Below are positions 16,802 through 28,200 of a stretch of 53,513 nt of DNA, in pieces; the stretch's first letter is position 1, and every line of letters begins with the position of its first letter. Source of the DNA: a virus (lineage: Duplodnaviria > Caudoviricetes); IMG/VR virus record IMGVR_UViG_3300025652_000095, positions 1-53,513 of that record. The stretch is one strand, 5' to 3'. The translations under genes were made by a program, and so were the position numbers. Under the pieces are notes generated by a model that saw nothing but the letters and a program-made list of their open reading frames with translations, was not told the origin of the DNA and searched no databases.

Positions 16802-17743
16802 TTAAATCCCTAAAATTGAATCTACGTTAGTAGTTTCTTTAGAAAATAAATACATATTATAACTTACTCCAGGTTCAAGAACTTCAAAGTCCCCTCCAAA
16901 TTCACCGTAGTAATCTTGATTAAATGCGTTGTCTTTTTTTATTATGTAAAACAATCTAGTGTTCAGCCAAGGAGAATATGGGTTATCAGTAAAGTCTTTA
17001 GTCAAATAATCTTGAAATAAAACTTTTATACTAAGCGGAGTTATGCTTGGCACACCTATACTATATAGAGTTGGTGTGTTATTAGATAATACTGAAGCTG
17101 TATCAGGGAGAAGTACATCCCACTTAAAGTCATCAAATTTAACGATAGGACTATATTGAAATCCTTCTAATTTCATGTGAACAGCTTTTTTTAATTTAAA
17201 GTCATAACCAAGTCCGTGGTCTAGGTGCTTAATAACTTCATAGTCGTAATCTAAATACGTAGAATAATTTAAAGTTTGCCCTAGTCTAACTAAAGCAATA
17301 AACTCTCCCACCCTATCAAGTAAAGGTTCAGTATCATGCAAGTTTTCATAGAAATTGTTCTCCATAAAATGCTTTAAACTATATACGTTTTTATAGTCTA
17401 GGAGCTCTCCTTTAGTGCTTCCTGTGCTAGATACAATTTTAGTAATATCAAAAGGCACGCTAAAACTAGTCCATCCAGGGTAATAAGATTTAGAAAAAAA
17501 AGTTTGCGAAGAAAAGAAAGGCTCTCTAAAGCTAATAGATGATGCTTTTACGTAAGAGCTTTTGTTAGTTAGGTTTATTTTTTTACTAACTACACTTGCC
17601 TTTTGCCTCAGCTTAGAACTTGTTTTAGAACTACTAAAACCTTTGCTAAAAGAAAAAGCATTAATGTATCTTTTTGATAAAAAATGTTTTTTAATGTTTA
17701 AGCTTTTTATTGCCAAATGCAATATTTTACTTACTATATTCAT
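16802..17743 (-). CDS. Hypothetical protein with degenerate copies of the GW..FS.P domain
   Basis: Likely start MNIVSK at 17743; basic Ser-rich N-terminus; PGWTSFSVPF...GLGY and LEPGVSY motifs resemble 18482-20074. Confidence 0.6.
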   Translation of the reverse strand: MNIVSKILHLAIKSLNIKKHFLSKRYINAFSFSKGFSSSKTSSKLRQKASVVSKKINLTNKSSYVKASSISFREPFFSSQTFFSKSYYPGWTSFSVPFDITKIVSSTGSTKGELLDYKNVYSLKHFMENNFYENLHDTEPLLDRVGEFIALVRLGQTLNYSTYLDYDYEVIKHLDHGLGYDFKLKKAVHMKLEGFQYSPIVKFDDFKWDVLLPDTASVLSNNTPTLYSIGVPSITPLSIKVLFQDYLTKDFTDNPYSPWLNTRLFYIIKKDNAFNQDYYGEFGGDFEVLEPGVSYNMYLFSKETTNVDSILGI

Positions 17744-18485
17744 AGTACAAAGGATTAAAATCTTTATTGAACTGTTCAAGTATTCGTGGGGAGGCAGCAA
17801 TTAAATTGATACTAGCTACTAAGTTGTCACTAAGCACGCCCATTATTAATGGATATTCTTTTTGATAATAAGTATTGTAATAAAAACTAAAAATTTGTTC
17901 GCTACTGTTAAAACCTGTTTTTTCTACAACTGTAGTGTCATTTATTGGTAAACGCAATTCAAAAGTACTTTTATCCTCCATGTCAAAACCTATTTGTGGT
18001 TTGGTTTCTCCAAACAAAACTCCTTGACTATCTTTAAATCGGAATGTAAACTCAGTTGTTTTTTTATTCGCAGATAAAAGATTATAGTATGTGTCTTTGT
18101 AATCGCTAGATAGTTTTTCGCCAATTAAATTATCATAATCATTTTGTAAAAAACTTACAAAAAACTCGTTTACTGATATGGCGCGCATAGCTTTAATAAG
18201 CTCATCGTTAGCGTTTTTATATATTAAACTGTAGACTTTAAGCTTGACCCGTGTAGCAGTTATATTTTCTATTAAAATATTATTTAAAAAATTATACAAA
18301 ACATCTATAAAGGCTAAAGCACAAGATGCTTCTGTAACTAACGTATTGTCGTTTATAAAAAGAGCCTTGTTAGGCATTAGTAAATCAGAAAAATCTACAT
18401 TTGGATTTAGTACATGCAATTTTTTGTTTTGCAACTGTATGTGTGATTCTCTAGCGATTTGTTTTTTTAACTTACTTACTCTCAT
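17727..18485 (-). CDS. Hypothetical protein
   Basis: 252-aa ORF coupled with neighbours (ATGA overlap). Confidence 0.65.
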   Translation of the reverse strand: MRVSKLKKQIARESHIQLQNKKLHVLNPNVDFSDLLMPNKALFINDNTLVTEASCALAFIDVLYNFLNNILIENITATRVKLKVYSLIYKNANDELIKAMRAISVNEFFVSFLQNDYDNLIGEKLSSDYKDTYYNLLSANKKTTEFTFRFKDSQGVLFGETKPQIGFDMEDKSTFELRLPINDTTVVEKTGFNSSEQIFSFYYNTYYQKEYPLIMGVLSDNLVASINLIAASPRILEQFNKDFNPLYYEYSK

Positions 18486-20074
18486 GCCCCTGCTATAAAT
18501 TTAACGTCATAATAACTTTTTGTAGTCTTCATTTTTATTTGATATGATTGACCAGGCGTAAAATGTCCAATACCATCATACCCAAATTCAGGTAAATAAG
18601 CAGAGCCTTTATAATCTTTTACTATAACTACATCATCTATAATAGATTCTAAAGCAAGAAATATATTTAGTTTCTCTGTTAATGGAAACCTTATAATACC
18701 CCAGCCACTTGGAATTTTTACGATTGAATCATACTCTAATGTACCTATATTATTAGTGCATAAAACATTATAATCAGGCGTAGCATGAAAAGTAATAGTA
18801 AACGCAGAACTACTTTTAATTTGATAACCTTCATGTTTTGACACAAAGTCTAAACCAAAATAATTAAATTCAGGCACTTCGACTTCTCCAGCATAATCTT
18901 TAACAATTATTACTGCATCATCTGAATAAGGGCCAGCCAACAAAGTATTCATAGGTATAGAGTTATAAGTTTCACCAAATTGGGTAGCTGAAATAAAGTC
19001 AGAAGCAGAGAAAGTCGTATCTTGGTTATTATAAGTAATTTTAGTTAGCGAAGAAATATTAAAAGGTAAAGAAAACATATACCAACCTACAGGAAAAGAC
19101 ATTTCAAAAACCTCTTCAGGAGCTTCAATATTACAAGTAGACGTACTAGCAAATATATTAGGCAAGTTAATATTTCCTCTAGAACAAAAATTTTCGCCAA
19201 TTATAGGGTCAGCTTTAAATTCAGTTGCTATATTGAAGCCAGAAACGTCTGAAAGTATATGTTCTACTACTGAAAACTTTTTAGCTGCAAAGTATGCAAA
19301 ATTTATATCTAATTCCTCTGTAGCTTTGTAATATTCAGATGTTTGTGGAGAAACTAATCTATCATATCTAGTTAATCCCGAGTTATAAGGAACTTTCCTA
19401 TAAGCTAAAACGTTGTAAACATCTGCTTTGGACGCAGTAAAAACACCACCTGTAACAGGGTTTGCATAAAATGCTAAGTTTCTAACATGACTACTACCAG
19501 TCCAGTGTCTCAAGTTTGTATTTAAAGAAACTTTACCTGTGTCAAATAATACAGTTTTAAAGTTTGAATAAATATCTGCGGGCATTGGTAAGTAATCAGA
19601 AAATACATTACCCTCTACAGAATAAGATAGGTTTCCCACATTTGTTTCTAGGTCATTCCACGAAGAAAGTTGCTCAAAATTCGTAAATATATAAGCTTCA
19701 TTATTTTCTACATGAAAACAATATCCGCCAAGCTCAGGATATTCAAGTCCTTTCTGTACAAAAGAATTAGTTTCTAAAAACTCATTAGTAACCATTGGTA
19801 GAGATAAGTACGAAAATCCCTGTATACTACCAAAATCGTTAAATAGAAAGCCAGAAGCAGTAAGTGACTCTAGTCTTGTAGGTACTTCCCAGTCTCCAAA
19901 ACCCATAACAGAGTATGTGTCAGTAATATAATTTCTAGCTTGTTCAGTAGTTTTAACTGAAACGTTCGGAGCTATTACAATAGTATTTCCACGTATTTTA
20001 ACACTAGGTATATCGCTGTTTATAGAAACAATAAGACCTAAATTTAAATAATTATCGTTTAAACTAAACTTCAT
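18482..20074 (-). CDS. Putative virion accessory protein with two tandem C-terminal repeat domains
   Basis: Two copies of GW....P...IVKDY.G....PEF.Y.G.......YQIK. Confidence 0.7.
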   Translation of the reverse strand: MKFSLNDNYLNLGLIVSINSDIPSVKIRGNTIVIAPNVSVKTTEQARNYITDTYSVMGFGDWEVPTRLESLTASGFLFNDFGSIQGFSYLSLPMVTNEFLETNSFVQKGLEYPELGGYCFHVENNEAYIFTNFEQLSSWNDLETNVGNLSYSVEGNVFSDYLPMPADIYSNFKTVLFDTGKVSLNTNLRHWTGSSHVRNLAFYANPVTGGVFTASKADVYNVLAYRKVPYNSGLTRYDRLVSPQTSEYYKATEELDINFAYFAAKKFSVVEHILSDVSGFNIATEFKADPIIGENFCSRGNINLPNIFASTSTCNIEAPEEVFEMSFPVGWYMFSLPFNISSLTKITYNNQDTTFSASDFISATQFGETYNSIPMNTLLAGPYSDDAVIIVKDYAGEVEVPEFNYFGLDFVSKHEGYQIKSSSAFTITFHATPDYNVLCTNNIGTLEYDSIVKIPSGWGIIRFPLTEKLNIFLALESIIDDVVIVKDYKGSAYLPEFGYDGIGHFTPGQSYQIKMKTTKSYYDVKFIAGA

Positions 20075-20075
20075 A

Positions 20076-20699
20076 CTACTGTATATTTACAATACCCCCA
20101 AAAGGAATACCGTTTATGACCATTACCTCTTCAGGAGTTTGCTTGTTATCTATTTCATTAATATTATAAACAAAGTCACCAGTTACATCGTGCGTAAGGC
20201 TTTCGTATACATTAGTGTTAACCGTGTGAAAGTTAATTACCAAACGTGCTCTGTAATAGTCTCTTACTCTTTTGTTTGGAGCAAATAATACTGCAAAATA
20301 TATTACATCTTCAGCTTCTAAGTCAAAAGAATTTCTAAACCTGTAATTATAAGGGCTAGATAACAAGCCATAACTTTCATAGCCGTTGTTACCAGGCTCT
20401 ATAAAATTTTTAATAGAGTACTTTATTTTATTAGCTGGCGTAATTTGCACTAACTCTAAAGAATCTTGATTAACAGTACTGTAAGAAACATATTTATCAG
20501 GTATTGAAAAAGCAAAATCAAAAACATTAGAATACCCTGGATTGATAACATTGTTTGAAACATTCATCATACGCACTTGGTCTATGCGTTGCGTTTGCGT
20601 ACCAGTATTCTTTATGCCCATTATAACCCTAACGCCTTTTAATGTACCACTATGGCTTCCATAAAAATTGCCATCTATATATTCAGGAATTAAAGCCAT
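20076..20699 (-). CDS. Hypothetical beta-rich (Ig-like) structural protein
   Basis: IKNTG...V.FAP...Y.A.L.I pattern reminiscent of Ig-like/ASH domains; lies in the tail region. Confidence 0.55.
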   Translation of the reverse strand: MALIPEYIDGNFYGSHSGTLKGVRVIMGIKNTGTQTQRIDQVRMMNVSNNVINPGYSNVFDFAFSIPDKYVSYSTVNQDSLELVQITPANKIKYSIKNFIEPGNNGYESYGLLSSPYNYRFRNSFDLEAEDVIYFAVLFAPNKRVRDYYRARLVINFHTVNTNVYESLTHDVTGDFVYNINEIDNKQTPEEVMVINGIPFGGIVNIQ

Positions 20700-20700
20700 T

Positions 20701-23700
20701 TTAACCTATAGATAAAGCAGGTAAATCTATAGATGTAGTGTGCTCGTCACCTTCAGTATCTACTAAGGTAAGTTCAGCTGTAGATGTTAATTCACAAGCA
20801 ACTAAGTATTTAGAAACATATAACCTAGAGCGAGTATTATTAGTTTGACCTAAAGATAAAGGTGACGTAGTATACCCGTTTTCGTCAGCCTCAACCAATT
20901 GTCTGTTATCGTATTCATCAACGTAATAAGATATAGCTACTTGAGTGTAATAAACACCATTGTCGTAAGAACTGTTGTTAGTTGGAGTAACTTCAAAAGC
21001 TATGTCAATGTAGTTTTCTTTCTTGTTACTTTTAACTTGTGAGTTAGAATCAGTTCTACTGAAAAAACCTCCCTCTACTTGCGGCTCTACAAATAACCTT
21101 TTATTTGTTTTAGATGCATTATATACTGAGTCAGCTACGTATAAGTTATTATCGTGATAATGTGTTTTTGCATTCGTAGCTAAAGTTAAGTTATCAGGAA
21201 AATTAACGCTTTGAGCACCATGCCCAAGACCATAACCGTTATAACTCCAAGCAACAGGGGATGCATTATCGCCATTTTTATTGCTATGATAAACAGTCCA
21301 ACTAGGAGTTGGGCTATTAGCAGCATCAGGTTTATATGTAGAGTTTACTTCATTATTAGAATTATCATATTTAGGCGGCAACAAAGCTTCAATAGTACTT
21401 TGATAAGCAACTGTACCCCCTTCTAAATTAGTAAAGTTTTTATCTTTTAATTCTACTGCTTGTATGTAAATTGGATAGTCCCCTGTGTTGTCAAAGTAAA
21501 ATCTACCTACACTTCTCCATTTTGCGCTAGACTGATTGTAAGAGGCGGCTGGTAATTTAAAGTAATAATTTACTTCTTCATCGAATTTATTATCAGAAGC
21601 CGCACCACTAGTAGTAGTTCTATAAGTACTTTTTGGGAAATGTCCTATATATGGATTATTGTTATTATTTTGACCTTGTCGAACACCCGAATAGTTCCAA
21701 CAAGTTGGGTTTGATATATAAGCTTTTCCAGCACCATACCATGAACCTTCAGTTGTAACAGCATTAGTTGCGCCGTCTAGAATAGTTTGATTAGAATTAG
21801 CTGCTGTAGTAGAGTTAGCAACTCTCCATGGGTTAGAGTCTGTTAGTATTACTTTTTCTGTATTAGTGCTATAATTCCTAGCAGAACTAGTTTGCGTGTC
21901 TGTAAACAGCCTTACATTTACAGTAGCGCTTACACCTTGACTATTAAGTACGTTTTCTCCAGAAGACGCTAATAGTCGTAAATGCGAAAACTTAGGGAAA
22001 AAACCAACATTATAATTTGCGCTATAGTCATTATTGGCAAACTTACTCCAAAAAGCAGTAGAACCACCTTCACTAGGAATAAATTGTGCTGTATAAAAAC
22101 CAAAAGGGTTTTCATTCGTTACAACGTTGTACTTAGTATTGTTCGCTATAGGGAAGTTATACATGTGCTCGGCCATAAACCTATTTACGTCTGGTTTATA
22201 AATAAGCTTTAAAAAATTTCCTGAATTTGCTGTGTCACTAAATACATTATAAGTAGTGTTTGAATCTATAGCAGTAGAACCAGTTATGGTTTCATTGTGA
22301 GAGGTAAATTCATTCCCTGTACCTGATAGGAATTCTGTAGGATATGTATTTAAGTCTCCTTCAACGTTTGTATATGAAGAATACAAACCAGTTTGTGAAC
22401 GTAGGCTAAATTCAGGTACTTTAAACTCATCCGTATTGAGTGTTGTAGTATTAAAGTAATTGTATCTAGCAGATAATATAATTGTAGTTTTATCTTCTCT
22501 AGTCATACTAGAAGAGCTGCCATTTTTAAAAAAACAAGGGCCATCACTACTTGTAGAGTTTACAAGTAAGTTAGAACATATTTTTTCTTTTTTATCACTA
22601 CCACTTTTTGCAATAAAATGATAATCTGTTTGTAATGCATTCATTGTAAGAACGCTATAGAACCCAACTTTTACTCCAAAAACAAAAAATTGATTATTTG
22701 CAGTATCTGAAGGAGTAACGGTGTTTATAATTTTACCAATTTTAACGTATCTAGTAATGTAAGAAGAGTCTGCGGTTGTGTGTTTATTGTAATTGTATAG
22801 TTCAATACCTCTAGCTCCACTTTCTTTAAAGTGCGTTGGTTTTAAGTGTATCTCTGATTCAGAGTTTAAACTAAAATTTTTATATACGTCAGTATTTTTA
22901 CCTATAAGGTTAAATGATACGCTAGGAGCGTTTTCAGATGATACCATACTTATTTCTACTAATTTAGAGCCATCAGATTTCCAACTAGCATCAAAGTCTA
23001 GATAATCTGCATCAGTATTTGCAGTACCTACATAGTTTACACCATCTACATTATTCAATGTACTTGATACAGTACAAACACTACGAAAACTAGGGCTACC
23101 AGCAAAATCATATTCAAAGTTTCCAGCATTTGCGCTATGGTCAGAAAAATACAAAGTTTTATCAGTGTCTGCGTATTTATAATTTACTGGATATAAGCCC
23201 AAATCAAATACTTCTCCGTCTCGTATAGATTCTCCATTAGAAGTAAAAACATCATCTAAAATGTTTACTCCAGTAGAAGTTCCTATTTTTGCGTAATAAG
23301 CAAGTGGGTTGGTAACATTCCCGCTAAAAGATAATACTATATCGTTATCATTATTTTTTATAGTTAATGTAGGCGTACCGTTCAGGGATTTTGCTTCTGT
23401 AGGTTGAAACTTTATAAGAAAAGAAGCGTAGCTATTATAAGGTATATTGTGGCCTACTATTCCCTTATTTGCGTCAGTGCTTGTAGTTTTGTATATAGGA
23501 ATTAAATAAGAACTACCAGTGTCGTTTATTCCTTCGCCTGTAGGTGTAATGCTACCATTATGACCTATGAAAGCACTAGCCCCAGTACATGAACCTGTAG
23601 TACCATCAGTAGTGTTTGCTGCTGTATAACCTGTATTAGTTGCGCTAATAGTAGAAATTGTTTGCGCTAAATTATTAGACGTTAAACCTAATAATAAGTC

Positions 23701-23952
23701 ATCAACTAACAAAGGGTCGATAGTAAAGTCTTCGTTAAATTCAGCATTCCCAGAAATTTCAGTTATAGCTAAACTACTATCTGTGCTAATGTGTGTATTT
23801 TTTATAACAAACAACATATACAATACTTGAGAATCATTAGCAGTATCAGTAAAAGTATAAGTATCAAATATACTATCGGTACTTCCTGAATACAAATCAA
23901 GTTTTGAGTTAGCTGAAGTATTGTTTGCTATTAAAGGGTAGTAAGTTGCCAT
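20701..23952 (-). CDS. Large N/S/T-rich putative tail spike/fibre-associated protein
   Basis: 1083 aa, beta-rich composition, Ig-like segments (IKN.., IKFQPT...TLTIKNND, FDNTGDYPI.I). Confidence 0.6.
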   Translation of the reverse strand: MATYYPLIANNTSANSKLDLYSGSTDSIFDTYTFTDTANDSQVLYMLFVIKNTHISTDSSLAITEISGNAEFNEDFTIDPLLVDDLLLGLTSNNLAQTISTISATNTGYTAANTTDGTTGSCTGASAFIGHNGSITPTGEGINDTGSSYLIPIYKTTSTDANKGIVGHNIPYNSYASFLIKFQPTEAKSLNGTPTLTIKNNDNDIVLSFSGNVTNPLAYYAKIGTSTGVNILDDVFTSNGESIRDGEVFDLGLYPVNYKYADTDKTLYFSDHSANAGNFEYDFAGSPSFRSVCTVSSTLNNVDGVNYVGTANTDADYLDFDASWKSDGSKLVEISMVSSENAPSVSFNLIGKNTDVYKNFSLNSESEIHLKPTHFKESGARGIELYNYNKHTTADSSYITRYVKIGKIINTVTPSDTANNQFFVFGVKVGFYSVLTMNALQTDYHFIAKSGSDKKEKICSNLLVNSTSSDGPCFFKNGSSSSMTREDKTTIILSARYNYFNTTTLNTDEFKVPEFSLRSQTGLYSSYTNVEGDLNTYPTEFLSGTGNEFTSHNETITGSTAIDSNTTYNVFSDTANSGNFLKLIYKPDVNRFMAEHMYNFPIANNTKYNVVTNENPFGFYTAQFIPSEGGSTAFWSKFANNDYSANYNVGFFPKFSHLRLLASSGENVLNSQGVSATVNVRLFTDTQTSSARNYSTNTEKVILTDSNPWRVANSTTAANSNQTILDGATNAVTTEGSWYGAGKAYISNPTCWNYSGVRQGQNNNNNPYIGHFPKSTYRTTTSGAASDNKFDEEVNYYFKLPAASYNQSSAKWRSVGRFYFDNTGDYPIYIQAVELKDKNFTNLEGGTVAYQSTIEALLPPKYDNSNNEVNSTYKPDAANSPTPSWTVYHSNKNGDNASPVAWSYNGYGLGHGAQSVNFPDNLTLATNAKTHYHDNNLYVADSVYNASKTNKRLFVEPQVEGGFFSRTDSNSQVKSNKKENYIDIAFEVTPTNNSSYDNGVYYTQVAISYYVDEYDNRQLVEADENGYTTSPLSLGQTNNTRSRLYVSKYLVACELTSTAELTLVDTEGDEHTTSIDLPALSIG

Positions 23953-23956
23953 AATT

Positions 23957-24664
23957 TTATATTACTTTAATGTATGTACTATCTGGTTGAAACCAAATTC
24001 TATTTTTATTTTGTGTGTTAGGTACGCAATAGCCTACAGACCTTACCCAACCATCAGATAAAATGCTGTCAGGGATTGTAGAAAATATATTATTACCGTT
24101 TAGATAAAGAGTTCTTCCAGGAGTCCATTGATTTACTAATGTATCTGGTAAGTCAAAATAACCTTGACTGATTAAAACTAAATTATTGTTTTCATAACTA
24201 TGAACAATAAACAATGAATTATAAGCTCCGTTTACTATATTGCTAGTATCAGCGTATAAACAAAGAGATTTCCAATCATTAGCAGTAGCAGAGTTGTCTG
24301 CTAAAAACATTACTACTTTACCTGATACCACAGGGTTAGCTATAGTTCCAAAGTTTGGGTCTATAAAGTTTTGGTAAGAATGTTTAAACGTATTTTTTTG
24401 TTCGAATAAATAATTTTCAGGTAGCGTGCCAAGCGTTATATTTACAGAACCTGCTGCGTTTATAGCTTCTACAGGTTGATTAGCGTTTACAGTAAAATCA
24501 TAATCTAAAAGACCAGTGTTTGCTGAGATTTCTTTAGTTTGAGGTTGTTCTAAAACGTATTCATTATTAAGAGGGGTTACATTAAAAGCGATACCTTCTG
24601 GATAACCACTAATAACCAACTCTTCTTTAGAGGGTTCTACTTGTATATTTATAACTTGACTCAT
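23957..24664 (-). CDS. Putative fibre/decoration protein
   Basis: C-terminal G.F...WTPG.TLYL...VRSVGYC...IWF.PD resembles capsid-fibre/cement-type domains; a related segment occurs inside the 1394-aa fibre. Confidence 0.55.
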   Translation of the reverse strand: MSQVINIQVEPSKEELVISGYPEGIAFNVTPLNNEYVLEQPQTKEISANTGLLDYDFTVNANQPVEAINAAGSVNITLGTLPENYLFEQKNTFKHSYQNFIDPNFGTIANPVVSGKVVMFLADNSATANDWKSLCLYADTSNIVNGAYNSLFIVHSYENNNLVLISQGYFDLPDTLVNQWTPGRTLYLNGNNIFSTIPDSILSDGWVRSVGYCVPNTQNKNRIWFQPDSTYIKVI

Positions 24665-25203
24665 TAAGATTGAGTAATGTCTGCGTTCAAGGTAAAGTTA
24701 CCAAACAACCATGTAGTAAACTCTGCAGATGCATCGTCTGCTGCATTACCTGTAGTTTGTTTTCTTATTTGTAAGTCATACTTATATACACCCGATTGAA
24801 AGTCCATATACGCATGAGGAACAGTTATAGTTGCAGCTTGCGAAGAAGCCCCAACTTCAGATTGCGCTTGTAAATATATACCCATGTTTACATCATCTGC
24901 GGTACTACCTGACCAATGACCAGCCGTACTACTAGAAGGTGGCAAATTTGCAGGATGTGTAGCACTGTTTGAAGTTGGAGTTACATCTCTCCAGTAATGG
25001 CTATAGATATTTAAAACCTCATCGCCTGAACTATTTATAATAGTCATTTTAGCTTGATACACAGGGTATGTACCATTTCTTGTATTGTTCATATCAATAT
25101 TACCTCCACTATCTTTTACCTGCAATGAAAGTTGGAACGAATCGTTTCTACGAGCCGTTATATTAAGTTCTTTAGCTATGTCAGCCTTTAAAGTATCCGC
25201 CAT
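24664..25203 (-). CDS. Fibre adaptor-like beta-sandwich protein (paralog 3 of 3)
   Basis: ADIA..LNITARRNDSF...GVYKYDLQ...TWLFGNF. Confidence 0.6.
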   Translation of the reverse strand: MADTLKADIAKELNITARRNDSFQLSLQVKDSGGNIDMNNTRNGTYPVYQAKMTIINSSGDEVLNIYSHYWRDVTPTSNSATHPANLPPSSSTAGHWSGSTADDVNMGIYLQAQSEVGASSQAATITVPHAYMDFQSGVYKYDLQIRKQTTGNAADDASAEFTTWLFGNFTLNADITQS

Positions 25204-25219
25204 TATAATATGTTTTATA

Positions 25220-25227
25220 CAAATATA
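25220..25227 (-). promoter_or_regulatory. Bacteroidetes-type -7 promoter element TATATTTG
   Basis: TAnnTTTG match in the 29-bp gap between the RNAP gene and the adaptor gene. Confidence 0.6.
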
Positions 25228-25232
25228 CTAAA

Positions 25233-28200
25233 TTATCTAAGAGACCTTTTCTCTTTCTTTTTTTGTTGAAGTGGTATTCTAGCAGGGCTTGGTAATAATT
25301 GGGCCAAGTTAGATACATACTTTTTATCACCCTTCTTACCATACTTAGATTCTCGCTTATACTCTGTCCCTTTTACTGCGTGGAACACTGCTAGATTCAA
25401 ATTTTTAAAAGTGTTTAAAGCAGGTACGTTAGCCATGTATGTAAGTTTAGGTGCGTTTACTATAAGTAACATATCACCCAACAACTTTTCCATAAACTTC
25501 ATAGCTTCAGTATCTTTCTCATCGTCGTCCGTAAACATTGCTGACATACCAAGAAGCATTGCAACAAGCATAACACCGTGTGTACCTCTCCAATACCTCA
25601 TGACAGCCTCTTGTTGGTGTTTAGGAAGCTTTTTAAGCTCTGCATTCCAAGTTTTAATATCAAACTGCTTACCTTCATCCTTAAGCTTTGTAAAGAAGTC
25701 TGCCGCAGCAGTGTATGCACCCATTCTAATTGTGCCTAAGTCATCTATTTCCTCTTGTCCAAACCTATCTTTTAAGAATGTAGGAAACCATCGCTTAAAC
25801 TGCATTAACATATTTGATAAAGCGTATAGCTGAATCATACGAGAATCAGTTTCAGAGTAACCACGACCTTGTACATTAATTACGTCACGCTCTAACTTAG
25901 CTAGCTCTAGCTGAGAAATACCTGTAGCACCCTCTTTTAGTTCTAGGTTACCTTTACTATCTATGTAGTACGAGTTCCATTGTTCTTCTGTAAGTGCACC
26001 TAAGAAAGCAGCTTGCTGTATCCAGTTTTCAGCAGCAATCATTGGCGAGAATATTAAAGCACTTAAAGAACTACCACCTACACCTTCTGCAATTTCGTCA
26101 GCTCTATATGTAAGAATACCAAACTCTTCTATCATCTTACGAGCTTTTTTCATTTGCTCATGGTCATAGCCTTTAGAGTCGCTTACACCCCAGTATCTTT
26201 TTTCTCCTAATAAAGTGTTAGTACCACCCATTTGACGGTATGCGTTAAACTTACCAATAGCAACGTTACCTATCGCAGCAGGCACGTTTAAACCAAGAGC
26301 AACATACATAGTCCAGTTAACAAAGAAGTTGGTTACTTTAGACTCAGATTCAAAGTCACTAAACGTAAAGTTTCTCTCTTTGCTTATAAGGCCACGCTTA
26401 ACTACTTTTTGTAGGTAGTTAATTGCGTTCTTATTCTTTGCTGCACCATACTGTACAGTAGGTTCAAATACTTTACCTCCACCTAGGTTAGCAATAGCAG
26501 CATCCACCTCCTGTTTTTTATCTTCAAAACCAGAAAAGGCTAATCTGTTTTGCTCAACTTCTTGTCTAGAAGCCCCTTCATCTAAAACAAAAACTCTGTC
26601 ATCACCAGCCCAAGAAAGCTGCGTATAGGTGTTTGTTTCTTCATCTAGGAAAGCATTACCATGTTGGAACATAAACTTAGATACGTACTCACGTAAGGCT
26701 CTATGCATGTTATTAGTTCCTAAGTATGCAGAGGTCATAGAACGCTTGGCGTTAAACCTGTTTTGCGACTCTTCTGACTCTGCAGCCATCATATCGTTGA
26801 TTCTAGAACCGATTGCTACATCATTCCCTAAAGCATCTTTACCGTCTTTTATATGCTGTTTAGCTTTATCTTTAATTCGCATTAAGCCTTTTACTCGTTC
26901 TGAGTCAGACTTAGTACCTTTCTTAAACGTCTTACTAGTTTCGCTTTTAGCAGTTACAGTAGTTTCTACAATGTCTTGACCAGAGCCATACATGTAGATT
27001 GACTTCCAACTAAAGTAATCAAGTGTTTCTGTTTCTCCTGTCAAAGGATTTACATCTTCAATCATTACGTCAGCTAAATCATGGTCGCCTCTAAACATTT
27101 GGTAGTATACACCAAACAATCCTCGCTTCTGTAAAGTTTCCCATCTAGAAGAGGTAACGGAAGGAACATAAGAAGTACCACGTGTTTTGCCATATAAACC
27201 TTTTGACTTAATTAAAGCAGCATAGAAAGCTGTATACTTTGTATACATTTCTAAATAGTCTCTTTCAGCTTGGTTTAAAACTTTATAAGCTTCTGAGTTA
27301 GTATTTACTCTACCCTGGAAGTCACCACCTTGATATACTAATCCTTTCTTAATTTTCATATCAGAAGAATCTCTGTATGTAACAGTCAAATCAGGAAGTA
27401 TAGTCTTTTGCAATCCTGTCTGCTCATCTAATAAGTTACCAAATAACTTTTGTGATATACCTCTAGTACCCATAGGCATGTAGTTTAACCACAATCTAGC
27501 TGCTTTAGCTTTAGTAGAGTCACCAAAGTTAGCTTTATACAAAGCCTCCAACTTGTCGTTCATCTCTTTTGTAACTAGATGTATGTTTCTAGTGTAAGCC
27601 ATGTGCGTAAGCTTCATATTCTTGTTTATGTAAGCTATAGCAGGTTTACCTCTTCCAAAGTCTCCAGGAGACAACCACATGTTAAGTTGGCTAATGTCTT
27701 TACCTCTTCTGTCTTCAGTTATAGTATCTAAAAAGTCTTTACCATTTTGAACACCCCAGTCGTACATTTGCTTGTTAGCTATGTGGTTACCAAAGTTGTA
27801 CTCTAGGTAACGACGTAGTGGGTTAGCAGCTAGTTCATCAATATTACCATAGTCTTTAGTTGATTCTGTAGGCAACGCTATAGTATCTTTATCTACATCT
27901 ACGGTTACTCTATCGTAATTTAGTCTATCATGGTATTCTCTAAACCAGGTTTGAGCTTCTCTAAACTTAGCGTCTAGTGCTTTCTTGTTATTAGGGTCGT
28001 ATGCGTAATTTGCTTCTTCTATATTAGATAAGCGTAATTCTTCATACAACTCTTTAACTTTTTGTACAGAAAATACGTAAGCCTCATACTTAGCTTGTAG
28101 TTCATTTTGATATAGAGGGTCTACATCTTTGTATTCAACCCCTTCAGGAAGCATTTTCTTAAAGTACTTTTCAGAAGACATAGTTTCTCCTACACCTTGA

